Shown: positions 28,360-38,990 of the stretch, piece after piece
Position numbering within the stretch: position 1 is the first letter of the stretch
How the letters are laid out: every line of letters starts with the position of its first letter
Assembly (NCBI GenBank): GCA_017441505.1
Contig: JAFRXL010000057.1
Coordinates: 16,966-80,965 of the forward strand
DNA from: Ruminococcus sp.
GTDB lineage: Bacteria > Bacillota > Clostridia > Oscillospirales > Ruminococcaceae
Reading direction: 5' to 3'
Length of the DNA: 64,000 bases
Notes under the pieces: model-generated
What the model saw: only the letters and a program-made list of their open reading frames with translations
What the model was told of the DNA's origin: nothing
The model's database searches: none
Program-made: the position numbers and the translations under genes

Positions 28360-31300
28360 ATGAAAAAGCACTACTTCAAAAAATGTGCAGCAGCTCTTGC
28401 AGCTTGTTCGATAATGGCTTCAGCACTGCCAGTTATCCCAACAGCTGTTTCATTCGCTGCCGGCAACATCATCAAAAACTCAACTTTTGAGACTGGCACA
28501 TCTGGTTGGGGCACTTACAAGGAGACAGGCGGCGTTTGTACTCTTACTACAGACAGCGGCAAGCTCGCACTGAATATTTCAAGTGTCGGACAGAAAAACT
28601 ATTCTGTACAGATGTTCTATGACATAATCCCACTTTACAAGAACGGTGTTTACCGCCTGAAATACGACATTTCATGCTCTACAAACCGTTACGTAGAAGC
28701 TATGATCCAGCAGAACGGCGGTACTTATCAGGCTTATACATGGAAGGGTCTCAACGTATCCCCTACACCTCAGACTGTTGATTATGAGTTCACTATGGAG
28801 TACGATACCGACATCATGTCCAAGCTCGTGTTCAACTGCGGTCTTCAGGAAAAGGACGGAACTCTTTCAAGCCACACTATCTACCTCGATAACGTTTCAC
28901 TCGAACTCGTTGATGACAGTAAGGTAGACTATTCCGCTAATAAGGCTTTTGAGCCGGATATAAATATAAATCAGGTAGGATATAAGCCGGAAAGCAAGAA
29001 AACTGCTGTTTTCCGCAATGTTTCCGGTCAGAAAGAATTCTCTGTAATAAACGCTGTTACTAAGCAGACCGTTTATACAGGACCTCTTTCAAGTGCTCTC
29101 AGTAACTCATCAGCTAATGAGACTAACTATCAGGGCGACTTCTCCTCAGTAAAGGACGCTGGTACATATTACATCTCATGTTCCGGTCTTGAGGATTCAT
29201 ATACATTCACTATCGGTGATACAGTTTACAATAATCTTCTTGACGAATCCGTAAGAATGCTCTATTTACAGAGATGCGGAACTCAGATCAACGATTCCAA
29301 GTTCGGTCACGCTGCCTGCCATACTGATATGGCTACAGTTTACGGCACAAACAATAAGATCGATGTAAGCGGCGGCTGGCACGATGCAGGCGACTACGGA
29401 AGATATACTGTAGCTGCTGCAAAGGCTGTTGCTGACCTCCTCTATGCTTACGATGCTGACCCTTCTGCATACAGCGATAATATCGGCATTCCGGAGAGCA
29501 ATAATGGTACTCCTGACATCCTCGATGAAGTTCGTTACGAGCTTGAATGGATGCTCAAGATGCAGGCTCCAAGCGGCGGTGCATACCACAAGGTAAGCTG
29601 TGCAACATTCCCGGCTTACGTTATGCCGCAGGCTGAAAAAGACCCTCTTATAGTTACACCTGTTTCTTCAACTGCTACTGCTGACTTCTGTGCTTCTATG
29701 GCTCTCGCTTACGAATTCTATAAGGATATTGACGGCAATTTCGCTGACAAGTGCCTCACAGCCGCTAAGAAGGCTTGGGATTACTTACAGGCTAACCCTC
29801 AGTTCGATTTCAAGAACCCATCTGATATTGTTACAGGTGAGTACGGCGATAAGACCGATGTTGACGAGCGTTACTGGGCTGCTGCACAGATGTACAGAGC
29901 TACAGGCGACAGCAAGTACCTGAATTCTATCAGCTTTGCTTCATCCGGTATGGACTGGTCAACAGTTGGTGACTACGGCAATATCGCTATCCTCACAATG
30001 AAGGATGTAGACAAGAATTCTACTGCATATCAGAATGCTAAACAGAGCATTATCTATGATGCAGATAAATATCTCAAGAACACAAATAACTCGGCTTACG
30101 GCGTATCTCAGACAAGATATAACTGGGGAAGCAATATGACTATCGCTAACTCCGGTATCACAATGGCTCTTGCTTATCAGCTCACAGGCGACAGCAAGTA
30201 CCTCGACGCTGCTGAGAGCCAGCTCAACTACCTCCTCGGAGTAAATCCGCTCGGAACCTGCTTCGTAACAGGCTTTGGTACAGTATCCCCTGAGAATCCT
30301 CACCACAGACCTTCAATGGCTGTAGGCGAAGCAATGAAGGGTATGCTCGTAGGCGGCGTAAACTCAAGCCTTGAAGACAGTGCAGCTAAGGCATATTGTG
30401 CTGACGCTCCTGCTGCTAAGTGCTATGTTGACAACAGCGAGAGCTATTCAACTAACGAGATCACAATTTACTGGAACTCACCTCTCACATATCTCCTCTC
30501 TGCTACAAGCAGCGGAAACAACACCACCATTATAGATCCTCCTGTTCCGGGCGGAATATGGGGCGATGCTAATGTCAGCGGTGAAGTAAAGATGAACGAC
30601 GCTGTTCTCGTTATGCAGGCTATCGCAAACGCTGATACTTACGGTGTAGGCGGTTCAGACGTAAATGCTCTCACTGAAAGAGGCGAATACCTCGCTGATG
30701 TTTATGAGCACAATAATGGTGACCTTACCAATATGGATGCTCTTACTATCCAGAAGTACCTCATCCACAGTGTTACTGAACTTCCTGTATCCTATAAGCA
30801 GGGCACTACACCACCTCCTCCGACAACTACAACAGCTGTCATAACTACTACAGACACAACTACAGTAACAACTGTAGCTACAACAACTAAAAACAATGGT
30901 AACAGTATCCCTGACCGTGGAACTCCAATGAATTCAAACGCTACTCTTGTAGCTGACTTCAGAAAAGGTCAACCCTCTACATTCATGGCTTCAGACGGAT
31001 GGTCAAATGAATCTGTATTTGACTGCTTCTGGCACAAAGAAAATACTTCTTACAAGGACGGCGTACTTAATTTAACTATAGATCAGAAACGTTCCGATTC
31101 AAAATACCCTCAGTCAGCAAATTTCCCGTATTCAGCAGCTGAATACAGAACAACCGATTTCTACCACTACGGCTACTATGAGACTTCTATGCAGGCTATA
31201 AAGAATGACGGTGTAGTATCTTCATTCTTCACCTACACAGGTCCTTCCGACAACAACCCTTGGGACGAGATCGATATTGAGGTTCTCGGTAAAGACACAA

Positions 31301-31620
31301 CTAAGGTTCAGTTGAACTATTATACAAACGGCGTTGGCAATCACGAGTATATGTATGACCTCGGATTCGATGCTTCTGAGGCATTCCATACATACGGCTT
31401 CGATTGGCAGCCTGACCACATCACATGGTATGTTGACGGCAAGGCAGTTTATACTGCTACACAGAATATCCCAAGCACAGCCGGCAAGATCATGATGAAT
31501 GTATGGCCTGGTGTAAGCGATCCTAACAAGGATCCTAACACAATCGAATGGCTCAAGCCTTTCAATGGCAAGACACCTCTCACAGCCCGCTACCAGTGGG
31601 TAACATACAACAAGCAGTAA
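28360..31620 (+). CDS. Cellulosomal multimodular enzyme: signal-CBM4-Ig-GH9-dockerin-Thr linker-GH16 lichenase
   Basis: CBM4-like N-domain; INQVGY (CelD_N Ig); GH9 GGWHDAGD, PHHR, YSTNE; dockerin WGDAN...DAL.IQ; GH16 WDEIDIE. Confidence 0.92.
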   Translation: MKKHYFKKCAAALAACSIMASALPVIPTAVSFAAGNIIKNSTFETGTSGWGTYKETGGVCTLTTDSGKLALNISSVGQKNYSVQMFYDIIPLYKNGVYRLKYDISCSTNRYVEAMIQQNGGTYQAYTWKGLNVSPTPQTVDYEFTMEYDTDIMSKLVFNCGLQEKDGTLSSHTIYLDNVSLELVDDSKVDYSANKAFEPDININQVGYKPESKKTAVFRNVSGQKEFSVINAVTKQTVYTGPLSSALSNSSANETNYQGDFSSVKDAGTYYISCSGLEDSYTFTIGDTVYNNLLDESVRMLYLQRCGTQINDSKFGHAACHTDMATVYGTNNKIDVSGGWHDAGDYGRYTVAAAKAVADLLYAYDADPSAYSDNIGIPESNNGTPDILDEVRYELEWMLKMQAPSGGAYHKVSCATFPAYVMPQAEKDPLIVTPVSSTATADFCASMALAYEFYKDIDGNFADKCLTAAKKAWDYLQANPQFDFKNPSDIVTGEYGDKTDVDERYWAAAQMYRATGDSKYLNSISFASSGMDWSTVGDYGNIAILTMKDVDKNSTAYQNAKQSIIYDADKYLKNTNNSAYGVSQTRYNWGSNMTIANSGITMALAYQLTGDSKYLDAAESQLNYLLGVNPLGTCFVTGFGTVSPENPHHRPSMAVGEAMKGMLVGGVNSSLEDSAAKAYCADAPAAKCYVDNSESYSTNEITIYWNSPLTYLLSATSSGNNTTIIDPPVPGGIWGDANVSGEVKMNDAVLVMQAIANADTYGVGGSDVNALTERGEYLADVYEHNNGDLTNMDALTIQKYLIHSVTELPVSYKQGTTPPPPTTTTAVITTTDTTTVTTVATTTKNNGNSIPDRGTPMNSNATLVADFRKGQPSTFMASDGWSNESVFDCFWHKENTSYKDGVLNLTIDQKRSDSKYPQSANFPYSAAEYRTTDFYHYGYYETSMQAIKNDGVVSSFFTYTGPSDNNPWDEIDIEVLGKDTTKVQLNYYTNGVGNHEYMYDLGFDASEAFHTYGFDWQPDHITWYVDGKAVYTATQNIPSTAGKIMMNVWPGVSDPNKDPNTIEWLKPFNGKTPLTARYQWVTYNKQ

Positions 31621-31927
31621 GGATAGTCCTCCCAAACGTATCCTGAGTTCACTGGAAAAGTCTTCCCCTAAGACTTTTTCAGTGCAGTGCTTGTAATTTG
31701 TGAAGCAATAAAAAGCTGTTTTCTTGACGATGTTTAACAGCATCGTCAAAAAAATATAAATCATCAATTCATTGGGCACTGCTTTATGGCAGTGCCGCTT
31801 TTTTTTTATCTTATTTTTATTGATAAACTATTGCAAATATTATGGATTTGTAGTATAATGGAAAATAGTATTATAATCGGGTATTATGGCTGTTTAAAGC
31901 CAGACCGGTAAAGAAGGAGGAACAAAC

Positions 31928-34900
31928 TTGGCTAATTCAAAAGGGGCAGCCGGCTCAAAGAAAGCCGTCCGCACCCGCAGACCAAATCAGTACAGCGGCA
32001 AGCCTGCCAGTACCGCACCAAATGCGTTAGCCGCCAACAGGACCAAGTCGAATCTATGGTTCTGCATACCGGCTTTCGTCATCCCATTCCTGCTGACGTT
32101 CTTATCCTACATCGCATTTGATGTATACCCATTCGGTGAACGTTCAGTACTCACACTTGACCTTAACGGTCAGTACATCTACTACTTTGAACATCTAAGA
32201 GACGCTTTCTGGGGCGACAGCAGTGCTCTTTACAGCTGGAGCCGAAATCTCTCCGGAGGTTTCATGGGAGTCATAGGTTATTACCTTGCCAGTCCGTTTA
32301 CTTTGATAGTCATGCTCCTTCCGAGGAAAATGATAATCGAGAGCGTTATGATAATGCAGATGTGCAAAGTCGGTTCAGCCGGAGTTACTTTCTGTATTTA
32401 CGCTCAGAAATCGAAACACGTAGCTCCCCTTCCGTCACTCATGTTCTCCACAATGTACTCTATGATGAGCTATGTTGTCATCCAGCTCATAGACCCTATG
32501 TGGATAGACGGACCTATCTTCCTTCCGCTCATAATCCTCGGTGTTGAATACCTCATCGATGACGGCAGAAAGATAAACTATATCATCCCGCTTGCAATTA
32601 TGTTCGTAGCTAACTTCTATATCGGCTTCATGGTCGCTATATTCGTAGCTATTTATTTCGTTTACTATCTATTCTTCGGAACAGACAGAAAATTCAAGGA
32701 TATTACTGAGTATGGCAAGACCATAGGTCTTATGGTAGTTTCAACTATCGTTGTGCTCCTTTGCAGTTTGTTTATGATACTGCCGGTCTACAATGCCCTT
32801 GCACTCGGTAAATTCGACTTCTCAGAGCCGGATTACAGCCTGAAATATATGTTCAAGCCTCTGGAGCTCGTTCCATGTATGCTTCCGAACCAGTATTACT
32901 CTGTAAACGTTGACGAGGGAACTCGTTTCTACGGCAGACCTGAGATATACAGCGGTGTTATGACATTCATCATGCTCCCGCTCTACTTCATGAATAAGAA
33001 GATAAAGCTCAACAAGAAGATCGGTAACGGACTCATGCTCGTAATAATGTTCATGAGTATGTACATCAAGCCTATCAATATGCTCTGGCACGGTGGACAG
33101 GACCCTAACTGGCTCCCTTACAGATATTCTTTCATCGTTTCATTCATCGTTTTAGCTATGGCAGCTGAGCTGTTCTCTAAGCTTGACGGTTATGAGCTTT
33201 CATTTGCTGAAGCAGGCTCAAGCTTCGGTATCATAGCAATTCTCACATTCCTGTTCGTGACCACTATGCCTACATACGATTATAACCAGAGCAAGTATAA
33301 GTATGTTGCTGTATGGCCGTATAAGGACACTATGGAACACGGTGCAGACAAGTGGGAAGAAGTATGGCTCGGTACAGTTGCTATAGGTATGGTACTCGCT
33401 TGTATCTATACTATATACCTCTTCGCTTACAGCCGTATAAAAAAGAAGAATATCAGAACTATAATGACCTGCTGTGTTGCTGCTGTTATCTTCTTTGAGG
33501 GCGGATATAACTGCTTCGACTCTTTCAGAAAGATATTCAAGGAAGTCGGCAACTCAGATAAGAGCACATATACTGAGATACTCTCCGGAAAAGACGTTGT
33601 CGATGAACTTGAAGAATACGACGGCGGTTTCTATCGTTCTGAAAAGACCTATGACCGTATGGTAAACGATAACCTCGCACTCGGTCTTAAAGGTATATCA
33701 CATTCAAGCTCTGTAATGAACACAAGAGCTATCAACTTTATCGAGACTATGGGTTACTTCACTCAGAGCTATGAGACAAAGTTTACCGGTACTAACCCTA
33801 TCGCAGATTCTCTTCTCGGTATAAAGTATATTCTTGATGACCCTGAAAGACGTAGCGGAGATTCAAGAATGCTTGACCACACATATATCAAGCGTTTCTC
33901 TTCAACCTATGAAAAGGATGACGATAAGACCGCCAATGTTGATATTTACGAGAATCCGAATGCACTTTCTATCGGCTTCATGGCGGATCAGCAGATAGAA
34001 AGACTTCTGTTCCTCGGAAATGATAATCCGTTCAACAGCATGAACAATTTCCTCAGTGCTATGACCGGAAATACTACTTTCGACGCTTCAAACAATATCA
34101 CAGACTTCAAACAGTACTATAAGCCTATAGCTGCTGAAGTTTCTTTCGATCCTGAAAAGGTAAGACACAGCGATTATATTACAAAAGACCCTAATGACCC
34201 TTCTAAACAATACGTTCACGATTGTTACGATGCAAATGCAAATGCAGGCGACGCTGTTGTAAATGTTCATCTTACTGTTCCTAAGACAGGCGATGTTTAT
34301 ATGCACGTATTCTCTAATATGAAGAAGCAGTGCAACCTCTGGGTATCGGATAAGAAGGACGCTAACGGTGCATTCTATGGTCACGAGGGATACGGTTCAT
34401 ACTTCAATTCAAATACCGCTCCTGTTATCCGTATAGGTCCTTACGAAGAGGGTACAGAGATAGAAGTAAGATTCACAATTCTTGCATCCGGTGCTAACGG
34501 AGAATACCTTGGTTCAAACGAGTACTTCATGGTAGATAAGAATAACGGTTTCCAGTTCTATTATCTTGATGAAGACGCATTCCAGCAGGATATAGATGTA
34601 CTCAAGCAGAATCAGTGGATCATCGATACCGAAAAGTCCAACGACCGCTACCTTGAGGGTACGGTAACAGCTAAGGACGGACAGGTATTCGTTACATCCA
34701 TCCCTTACGAGCCGGGTTGGGAGATCAAGATAGACGGCAAAAAGGTGGATTCATATATAGTTGATTTTAATCAACCGGGATATAAGAACGTCCTCACGAA
34801 TGAGGATTCAAGTGAGGACGGAGAGATTGTTATCCTTAATGCAATGATAGGTCTCAGACTGTCGCCGGGTGAGCATACTATCACTATGAAGTATACTCCG

Positions 34901-35350
34901 CCTGGATTCACTATCGGTATATTCACACTGATACTTGGCATCATTATCATAGTTATGTTCTATATCTATGACAGAAAGCATAACCCGATAATCAAGGCAA
35001 GACTTGAAGCAAAGAGAAGAAAGAAGCTCGGACTTCCGGAAGAAGAGCCGGAAGAAGCTCCTAAGAAAAAGAAGAACGTTCAGATAATCAAGTCTAAGGG
35101 CGATGTAACAAGCGATGTATCTGATGAGGCTAAGAAAAAAGCAGAGAAAGCCCGTGAAGAAGCTGAAAAGATAGTTGCTCTGAATGAGGAGCTTATCGAA
35201 AAGGGCAAGGCTTATCAGGAAGCTGCTGAAAAGGCAGGCGAAGCAGCTGACGAGGCAAAAAAGGTTGCCGAGGAAACTGCTAAGAAGGTCAATACTGCTG
35301 CAAACAAAAACAAGGGCAAAAACAATAATGGCAAGAAAAAGAAGAAGTAA
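31928..35350 (+). CDS. YfhO-family membrane glycosyltransferase (GT-C)
   Basis: DLNGQY, YYLASPF, NFYIGFM, PNWLPYRYSF, SIPY..GW...DGK, G.HTI.MKY.PPG; AAGGAGG RBS with TTG start. Confidence 0.88.
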   Translation: MANSKGAAGSKKAVRTRRPNQYSGKPASTAPNALAANRTKSNLWFCIPAFVIPFLLTFLSYIAFDVYPFGERSVLTLDLNGQYIYYFEHLRDAFWGDSSALYSWSRNLSGGFMGVIGYYLASPFTLIVMLLPRKMIIESVMIMQMCKVGSAGVTFCIYAQKSKHVAPLPSLMFSTMYSMMSYVVIQLIDPMWIDGPIFLPLIILGVEYLIDDGRKINYIIPLAIMFVANFYIGFMVAIFVAIYFVYYLFFGTDRKFKDITEYGKTIGLMVVSTIVVLLCSLFMILPVYNALALGKFDFSEPDYSLKYMFKPLELVPCMLPNQYYSVNVDEGTRFYGRPEIYSGVMTFIMLPLYFMNKKIKLNKKIGNGLMLVIMFMSMYIKPINMLWHGGQDPNWLPYRYSFIVSFIVLAMAAELFSKLDGYELSFAEAGSSFGIIAILTFLFVTTMPTYDYNQSKYKYVAVWPYKDTMEHGADKWEEVWLGTVAIGMVLACIYTIYLFAYSRIKKKNIRTIMTCCVAAVIFFEGGYNCFDSFRKIFKEVGNSDKSTYTEILSGKDVVDELEEYDGGFYRSEKTYDRMVNDNLALGLKGISHSSSVMNTRAINFIETMGYFTQSYETKFTGTNPIADSLLGIKYILDDPERRSGDSRMLDHTYIKRFSSTYEKDDDKTANVDIYENPNALSIGFMADQQIERLLFLGNDNPFNSMNNFLSAMTGNTTFDASNNITDFKQYYKPIAAEVSFDPEKVRHSDYITKDPNDPSKQYVHDCYDANANAGDAVVNVHLTVPKTGDVYMHVFSNMKKQCNLWVSDKKDANGAFYGHEGYGSYFNSNTAPVIRIGPYEEGTEIEVRFTILASGANGEYLGSNEYFMVDKNNGFQFYYLDEDAFQQDIDVLKQNQWIIDTEKSNDRYLEGTVTAKDGQVFVTSIPYEPGWEIKIDGKKVDSYIVDFNQPGYKNVLTNEDSSEDGEIVILNAMIGLRLSPGEHTITMKYTPPGFTIGIFTLILGIIIIVMFYIYDRKHNPIIKARLEAKRRKKLGLPEEEPEEAPKKKKNVQIIKSKGDVTSDVSDEAKKKAEKAREEAEKIVALNEELIEKGKAYQEAAEKAGEAADEAKKVAEETAKKVNTAANKNKGKNNNGKKKKK

Positions 35351-35413
35351 TTCCTGATTAAAAAAGGCAGACGTTAAATGCGTCTGCCTTTTAATATATC
35401 GGAATGTTTGTTA

Positions 35414-36565
35414 TTATTTAATAAGTCCACGTCTCATGAGACCAAGGTCGAAGGAATCGAGCACGTTATCAGAGTTGAAGTCAGCTGCTTTCCAGTTTTT
35501 GAGTACTGTATTCTTATCAGCGAGCAGCCATTTCTGTACAAGAACAAGGTCGGAGATATTGAAATTGCCGTCCATATTCACATCGCCCTTTATGTCCTCA
35601 ACATGGCTTTCATCGAAAATCATTCTTGCGTTCTGGAAGAACTGAGTGTTATTAGCCTTGTCTATCTGTTCCCATTTATCCTTGCTGCCGTAGAAAGTTA
35701 TTGTAGTTGAAGCAGTAACGTCAGCGAATGCATAGTCCTCGATCTTGCTGAGCTTACCTGAGATCTTGAGGTCGCTGAGCTTGTTGCAGTAAGCAAAAGC
35801 CATGCTCTCTATGGATGTTATGCCTTTGAATTCAGCTGATGTGAGGTTCTCGCAGTAGAAGAAGGTGTTGTCGCTGACTTTATCTATATTTGAATGGAAT
35901 ACTATGGAAGTAAGTTTATTATTTCGAGCAAAGGCACTTGATGATACATACTTGACATTAGCAGGAACTTCAACTTTGCCCTCAGCAGTTTTACCGTCTA
36001 TAAGAGCACCGTTTATGATTACAAGCGGATCTTTCTTACGCTGAGCGTCCATCCAAGGAGTTTCGTCGAAGCAATTGGAGTGTATCTCTACAAAATGACT
36101 TGGGAAAGTTACGTTTTCAAGCTTTTTACACTGTTTAAAAGCGTCCATTTCTATTAATTCAAGGCTATCCGGAAGATTAACTGTAGTGAGGTCATTAGAC
36201 ATATCGAAAGCATAATAACCAATAGTTTTAATAGATTCCGGAAGAGTGATGCTTGTAAGTGAGCTGCACTGGAATGCATATCTTGCAATAGCGGTAACAG
36301 GCAGATTTTCTATTGTTTCAGGAATTTCAACAGATGTAGCACCCGAAGCACATCCTAAAATCTCGATATGGTCGGAATATTTTGCATAAGTGAGCTGACC
36401 TGATGTACCTTGAGTGTAGTTGAAATCAGTCTGTGAATACGCCATAGCTGTAATCTGATTATTTGACACTGCCCCTCTTTGCATTGTCAAAGTTCCCCCT
36501 GCTGTTATGACAGCAGCCGCTGCTAAAGCAGCAATTCTCGATAAATGTTTTTTTGTCATGTTCAT
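35414..36565 (-). CDS. Secreted BspA-type leucine-rich repeat protein with C-terminal dockerin
   Basis: L.SI.LP.SI..IG..AF repeats; GDVN.DG.FNISDLV...AADFN.D..LD.FD...MRR dockerin; GGAGG RBS supports start 36565. Confidence 0.88.
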   Translation of the reverse strand: MNMTKKHLSRIAALAAAAVITAGGTLTMQRGAVSNNQITAMAYSQTDFNYTQGTSGQLTYAKYSDHIEILGCASGATSVEIPETIENLPVTAIARYAFQCSSLTSITLPESIKTIGYYAFDMSNDLTTVNLPDSLELIEMDAFKQCKKLENVTFPSHFVEIHSNCFDETPWMDAQRKKDPLVIINGALIDGKTAEGKVEVPANVKYVSSSAFARNNKLTSIVFHSNIDKVSDNTFFYCENLTSAEFKGITSIESMAFAYCNKLSDLKISGKLSKIEDYAFADVTASTTITFYGSKDKWEQIDKANNTQFFQNARMIFDESHVEDIKGDVNMDGNFNISDLVLVQKWLLADKNTVLKNWKAADFNSDNVLDSFDLGLMRRGLIK

Positions 36566-36787
36566 AACAAAGCCCTCCATTCTTAAATTTATATTTTCTT
36601 TACCTCATCCTGATATAGCTGCATTCCTCCCCGTTTTTAAGCATTGCTGCAATATTCAGGATGTTGAGTTTATTGTATCATAAAAGCGAAGCGTTATGAT
36701 ATAATTGCCCGATTTGCAGGGAGTGCTGTCTTGCAGCACGTATCTGCAAAGGGCTTTTTAATCATTTATAATGAATGCTCCGCATTC

Positions 36788-36816
36788 ATTATATCATAAA
36801 CTTTTGTGTATTACAA
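36788..36816 (-). promoter_or_regulatory. Sigma-A promoter of the LRR-dockerin gene
   Basis: Minus strand TTGTAA-N17-TATAAT with extended -10 TG. Confidence 0.65.
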
Positions 36817-36913
36817 TACTTTGATATAAAAATAAAAATCTCTGTACTAAATGCAGAGATTTTTAGGAAATTATAATAACAATAAGGATCTGAGATCATC
36901 TTTTGAGCAGATG

Positions 36914-38107
36914 TTAATCTGTCTGACCGACGCTTATTTCCTCGGAAATTTCTTCAGCTTCTGCATCGTGAGCTTTTTTGTTCAGTGAAGCTCTTCTTCT
37001 TTCCAGAGAAGGCAGAAGGTTCTCCTTGTAGAAATGGTCGAGTATAGCGGCAAACGGTATAGCGAAGAGGATTCCCCATACACCGAATATACGTCCGCCG
37101 ACGATGATAGAGAGAAGTATCAGCAGTCCGGGAACACCGAGTGTGCTGCCGAAAAGCTTTGGTTTTATGAGGTAGCCGTCGCAGAGCTGTAATATGAGTG
37201 TGAAGATCAGGAAAATAAGAGCACTCTTAGGCTCTACCATAAGAAGTATGAATCCGCCAATAGCACCGCCGACGATAGGTCCGAATGTAGGAGCAAGATT
37301 GGTTATGCCGACTACAAACGATACAAGAGCGATATACTCCATACCGGCTATTGCCATAAATATCGCATTTACAGTTCCGACTATAAGAGCGTCGATTATG
37401 GTAAATACTATATATCTGTTGAGTACAGCGTCGCAGTGGATGAGGAATGAGTTGAGTGACTCGTATTTTTTCTCCGGCATTACAGCTTTGAGAAATCTTG
37501 TAGAACCTGTTTTTATCCTCTCTTTGCCTGCAAGGAGATATACTGAGAGTATGAATGAGACTATCCAGTTGAACATACCTTTTCCGGCGTTTGTAAAGAA
37601 GCTGATTATCTGAGTTGAGTTGTCAGAGATATACGATACAACTCTGTTGAGCGTTTTTTCAGAGGAATCAACAAAGCTCTGCATATTGACTTTTTTAGAT
37701 ACGTTAGGGTCGATACTATCGAGCAGCTTCTGGACAGAGGCTGCATATGAGCCGATATTGTTTACAAAGTTGGTGATACTGTCTACGAGCTGCGGCACAA
37801 GGGTGAGCAGGGTGAATACTACAAAGCATATAACAGTTATTACAGCAAGGGTTATCGACAATATCCACTGTGCTGTCTTTGATGGGATCTTGCGGAATAC
37901 CGTTCTCTGGTACAGTTTTGCAAGCGGATTCATCATGTAAGCCATGATACAGCCGCCGATAGCAGTTGAAAAATACCCTATAACTCTCGAAATACCGTCC
38001 CATATGGTGCCGATATTTGAGATCAGCAGAAAGCATATAACAGTTATGCAGCCTGCCATTGTATTCGCAAACCAGCGTTTATTAATGAGATCTTTGAATT
38101 TTTCCAT
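36914..38107 (-). CDS. AI-2E family (PerM-like) transporter
   Basis: AY.MNP, TN..P.FGP, Q..DG..I.PK.FG..LG, G..FGV.G...AIP. Confidence 0.88.
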   Translation of the reverse strand: MEKFKDLINKRWFANTMAGCITVICFLLISNIGTIWDGISRVIGYFSTAIGGCIMAYMMNPLAKLYQRTVFRKIPSKTAQWILSITLAVITVICFVVFTLLTLVPQLVDSITNFVNNIGSYAASVQKLLDSIDPNVSKKVNMQSFVDSSEKTLNRVVSYISDNSTQIISFFTNAGKGMFNWIVSFILSVYLLAGKERIKTGSTRFLKAVMPEKKYESLNSFLIHCDAVLNRYIVFTIIDALIVGTVNAIFMAIAGMEYIALVSFVVGITNLAPTFGPIVGGAIGGFILLMVEPKSALIFLIFTLILQLCDGYLIKPKLFGSTLGVPGLLILLSIIVGGRIFGVWGILFAIPFAAILDHFYKENLLPSLERRRASLNKKAHDAEAEEISEEISVGQTD

Positions 38108-38356
38108 TTTTATGACCTTCATTTCTTTAGATACATTTATTATAACACACTTACTATATACTGTCAACGAAAAAGGAAATCATATAAAAATAACACATAA
38201 ATCAAATATACAAATTTAAACGGTCGTTTTTGTTTATATCGCCTATGACATTTTTGACAAAAAAGTGCTATAATTATTGTATATCAACGTGTAGCCGATC
38301 CCCGACGTAAATCCAGTTGTCAGGGAACGGCTTATTTTTATCTTAGGAGGGACATT

Positions 38357-38851
38357 ATGTATAGTACAGGTCAGGCAGTTGTTTATGCTTCATACGGAGT
38401 GTGTGTTATCTCAGCAATAGAAAAACATGATTTCAGCGGTGAGGATATAGAGTATTACGTTTTAAGACCAATAAACGATCATAAAAATACTTTCTATGTC
38501 CCGACCTCAAACAGTGCACTTGTAAATAAAATGCGTCCGGTATTTTCGCATGAGGAAGCCGAGGAACTCATAAAAGTCATGCCGGACGAAAATTCTATCT
38601 GGATAGACGACGAAGCTGCCCGAAAAGAGGCTTACAGCAGTATAATCGACAGCGGCGATCGGCATGAATTGGTGAAGCTTATCAAAACTCTGTTTATCCA
38701 TAAACAAAAACTCGCAGAACAACATAAACAGCTCCACTCAACTGATGAACGCTTCCTTAATAATGCCGAGAATATGCTGTTTGATGAACTTGCATATGCC
38801 CTTGGTATCTCCCGTGAAGAGGTAATACCATACATCGAAGCACATATTTAA
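38357..38851 (+). CDS. CarD-family transcriptional regulator
   Basis: G..VVY...GVC.I..IE, YY.L.P, .YVP, AE..L..ELAYAL. Confidence 0.85.
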   Translation: MYSTGQAVVYASYGVCVISAIEKHDFSGEDIEYYVLRPINDHKNTFYVPTSNSALVNKMRPVFSHEEAEELIKVMPDENSIWIDDEAARKEAYSSIIDSGDRHELVKLIKTLFIHKQKLAEQHKQLHSTDERFLNNAENMLFDELAYALGISREEVIPYIEAHI

Positions 38852-38916
38852 ATTTGTGTTATCTAATTTGCACATATATGTATATCGGGAAAAAAGAAAT
38901 TTTTCTTGTATCCCTC

Positions 38917-38945
38917 TTGACAAATCGCTTGGGATATAGTATAAT
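38917..38945 (+). promoter_or_regulatory. Sigma-A promoter of the ylxM-ffh-rpsP-khpA operon
   Basis: TTGACA-N17-TATAAT. Confidence 0.8.
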
Positions 38946-38990
38946 GTGTAAAGTGATTTTAGATTACACCCATGCAGAAGGAGTGCTCTT

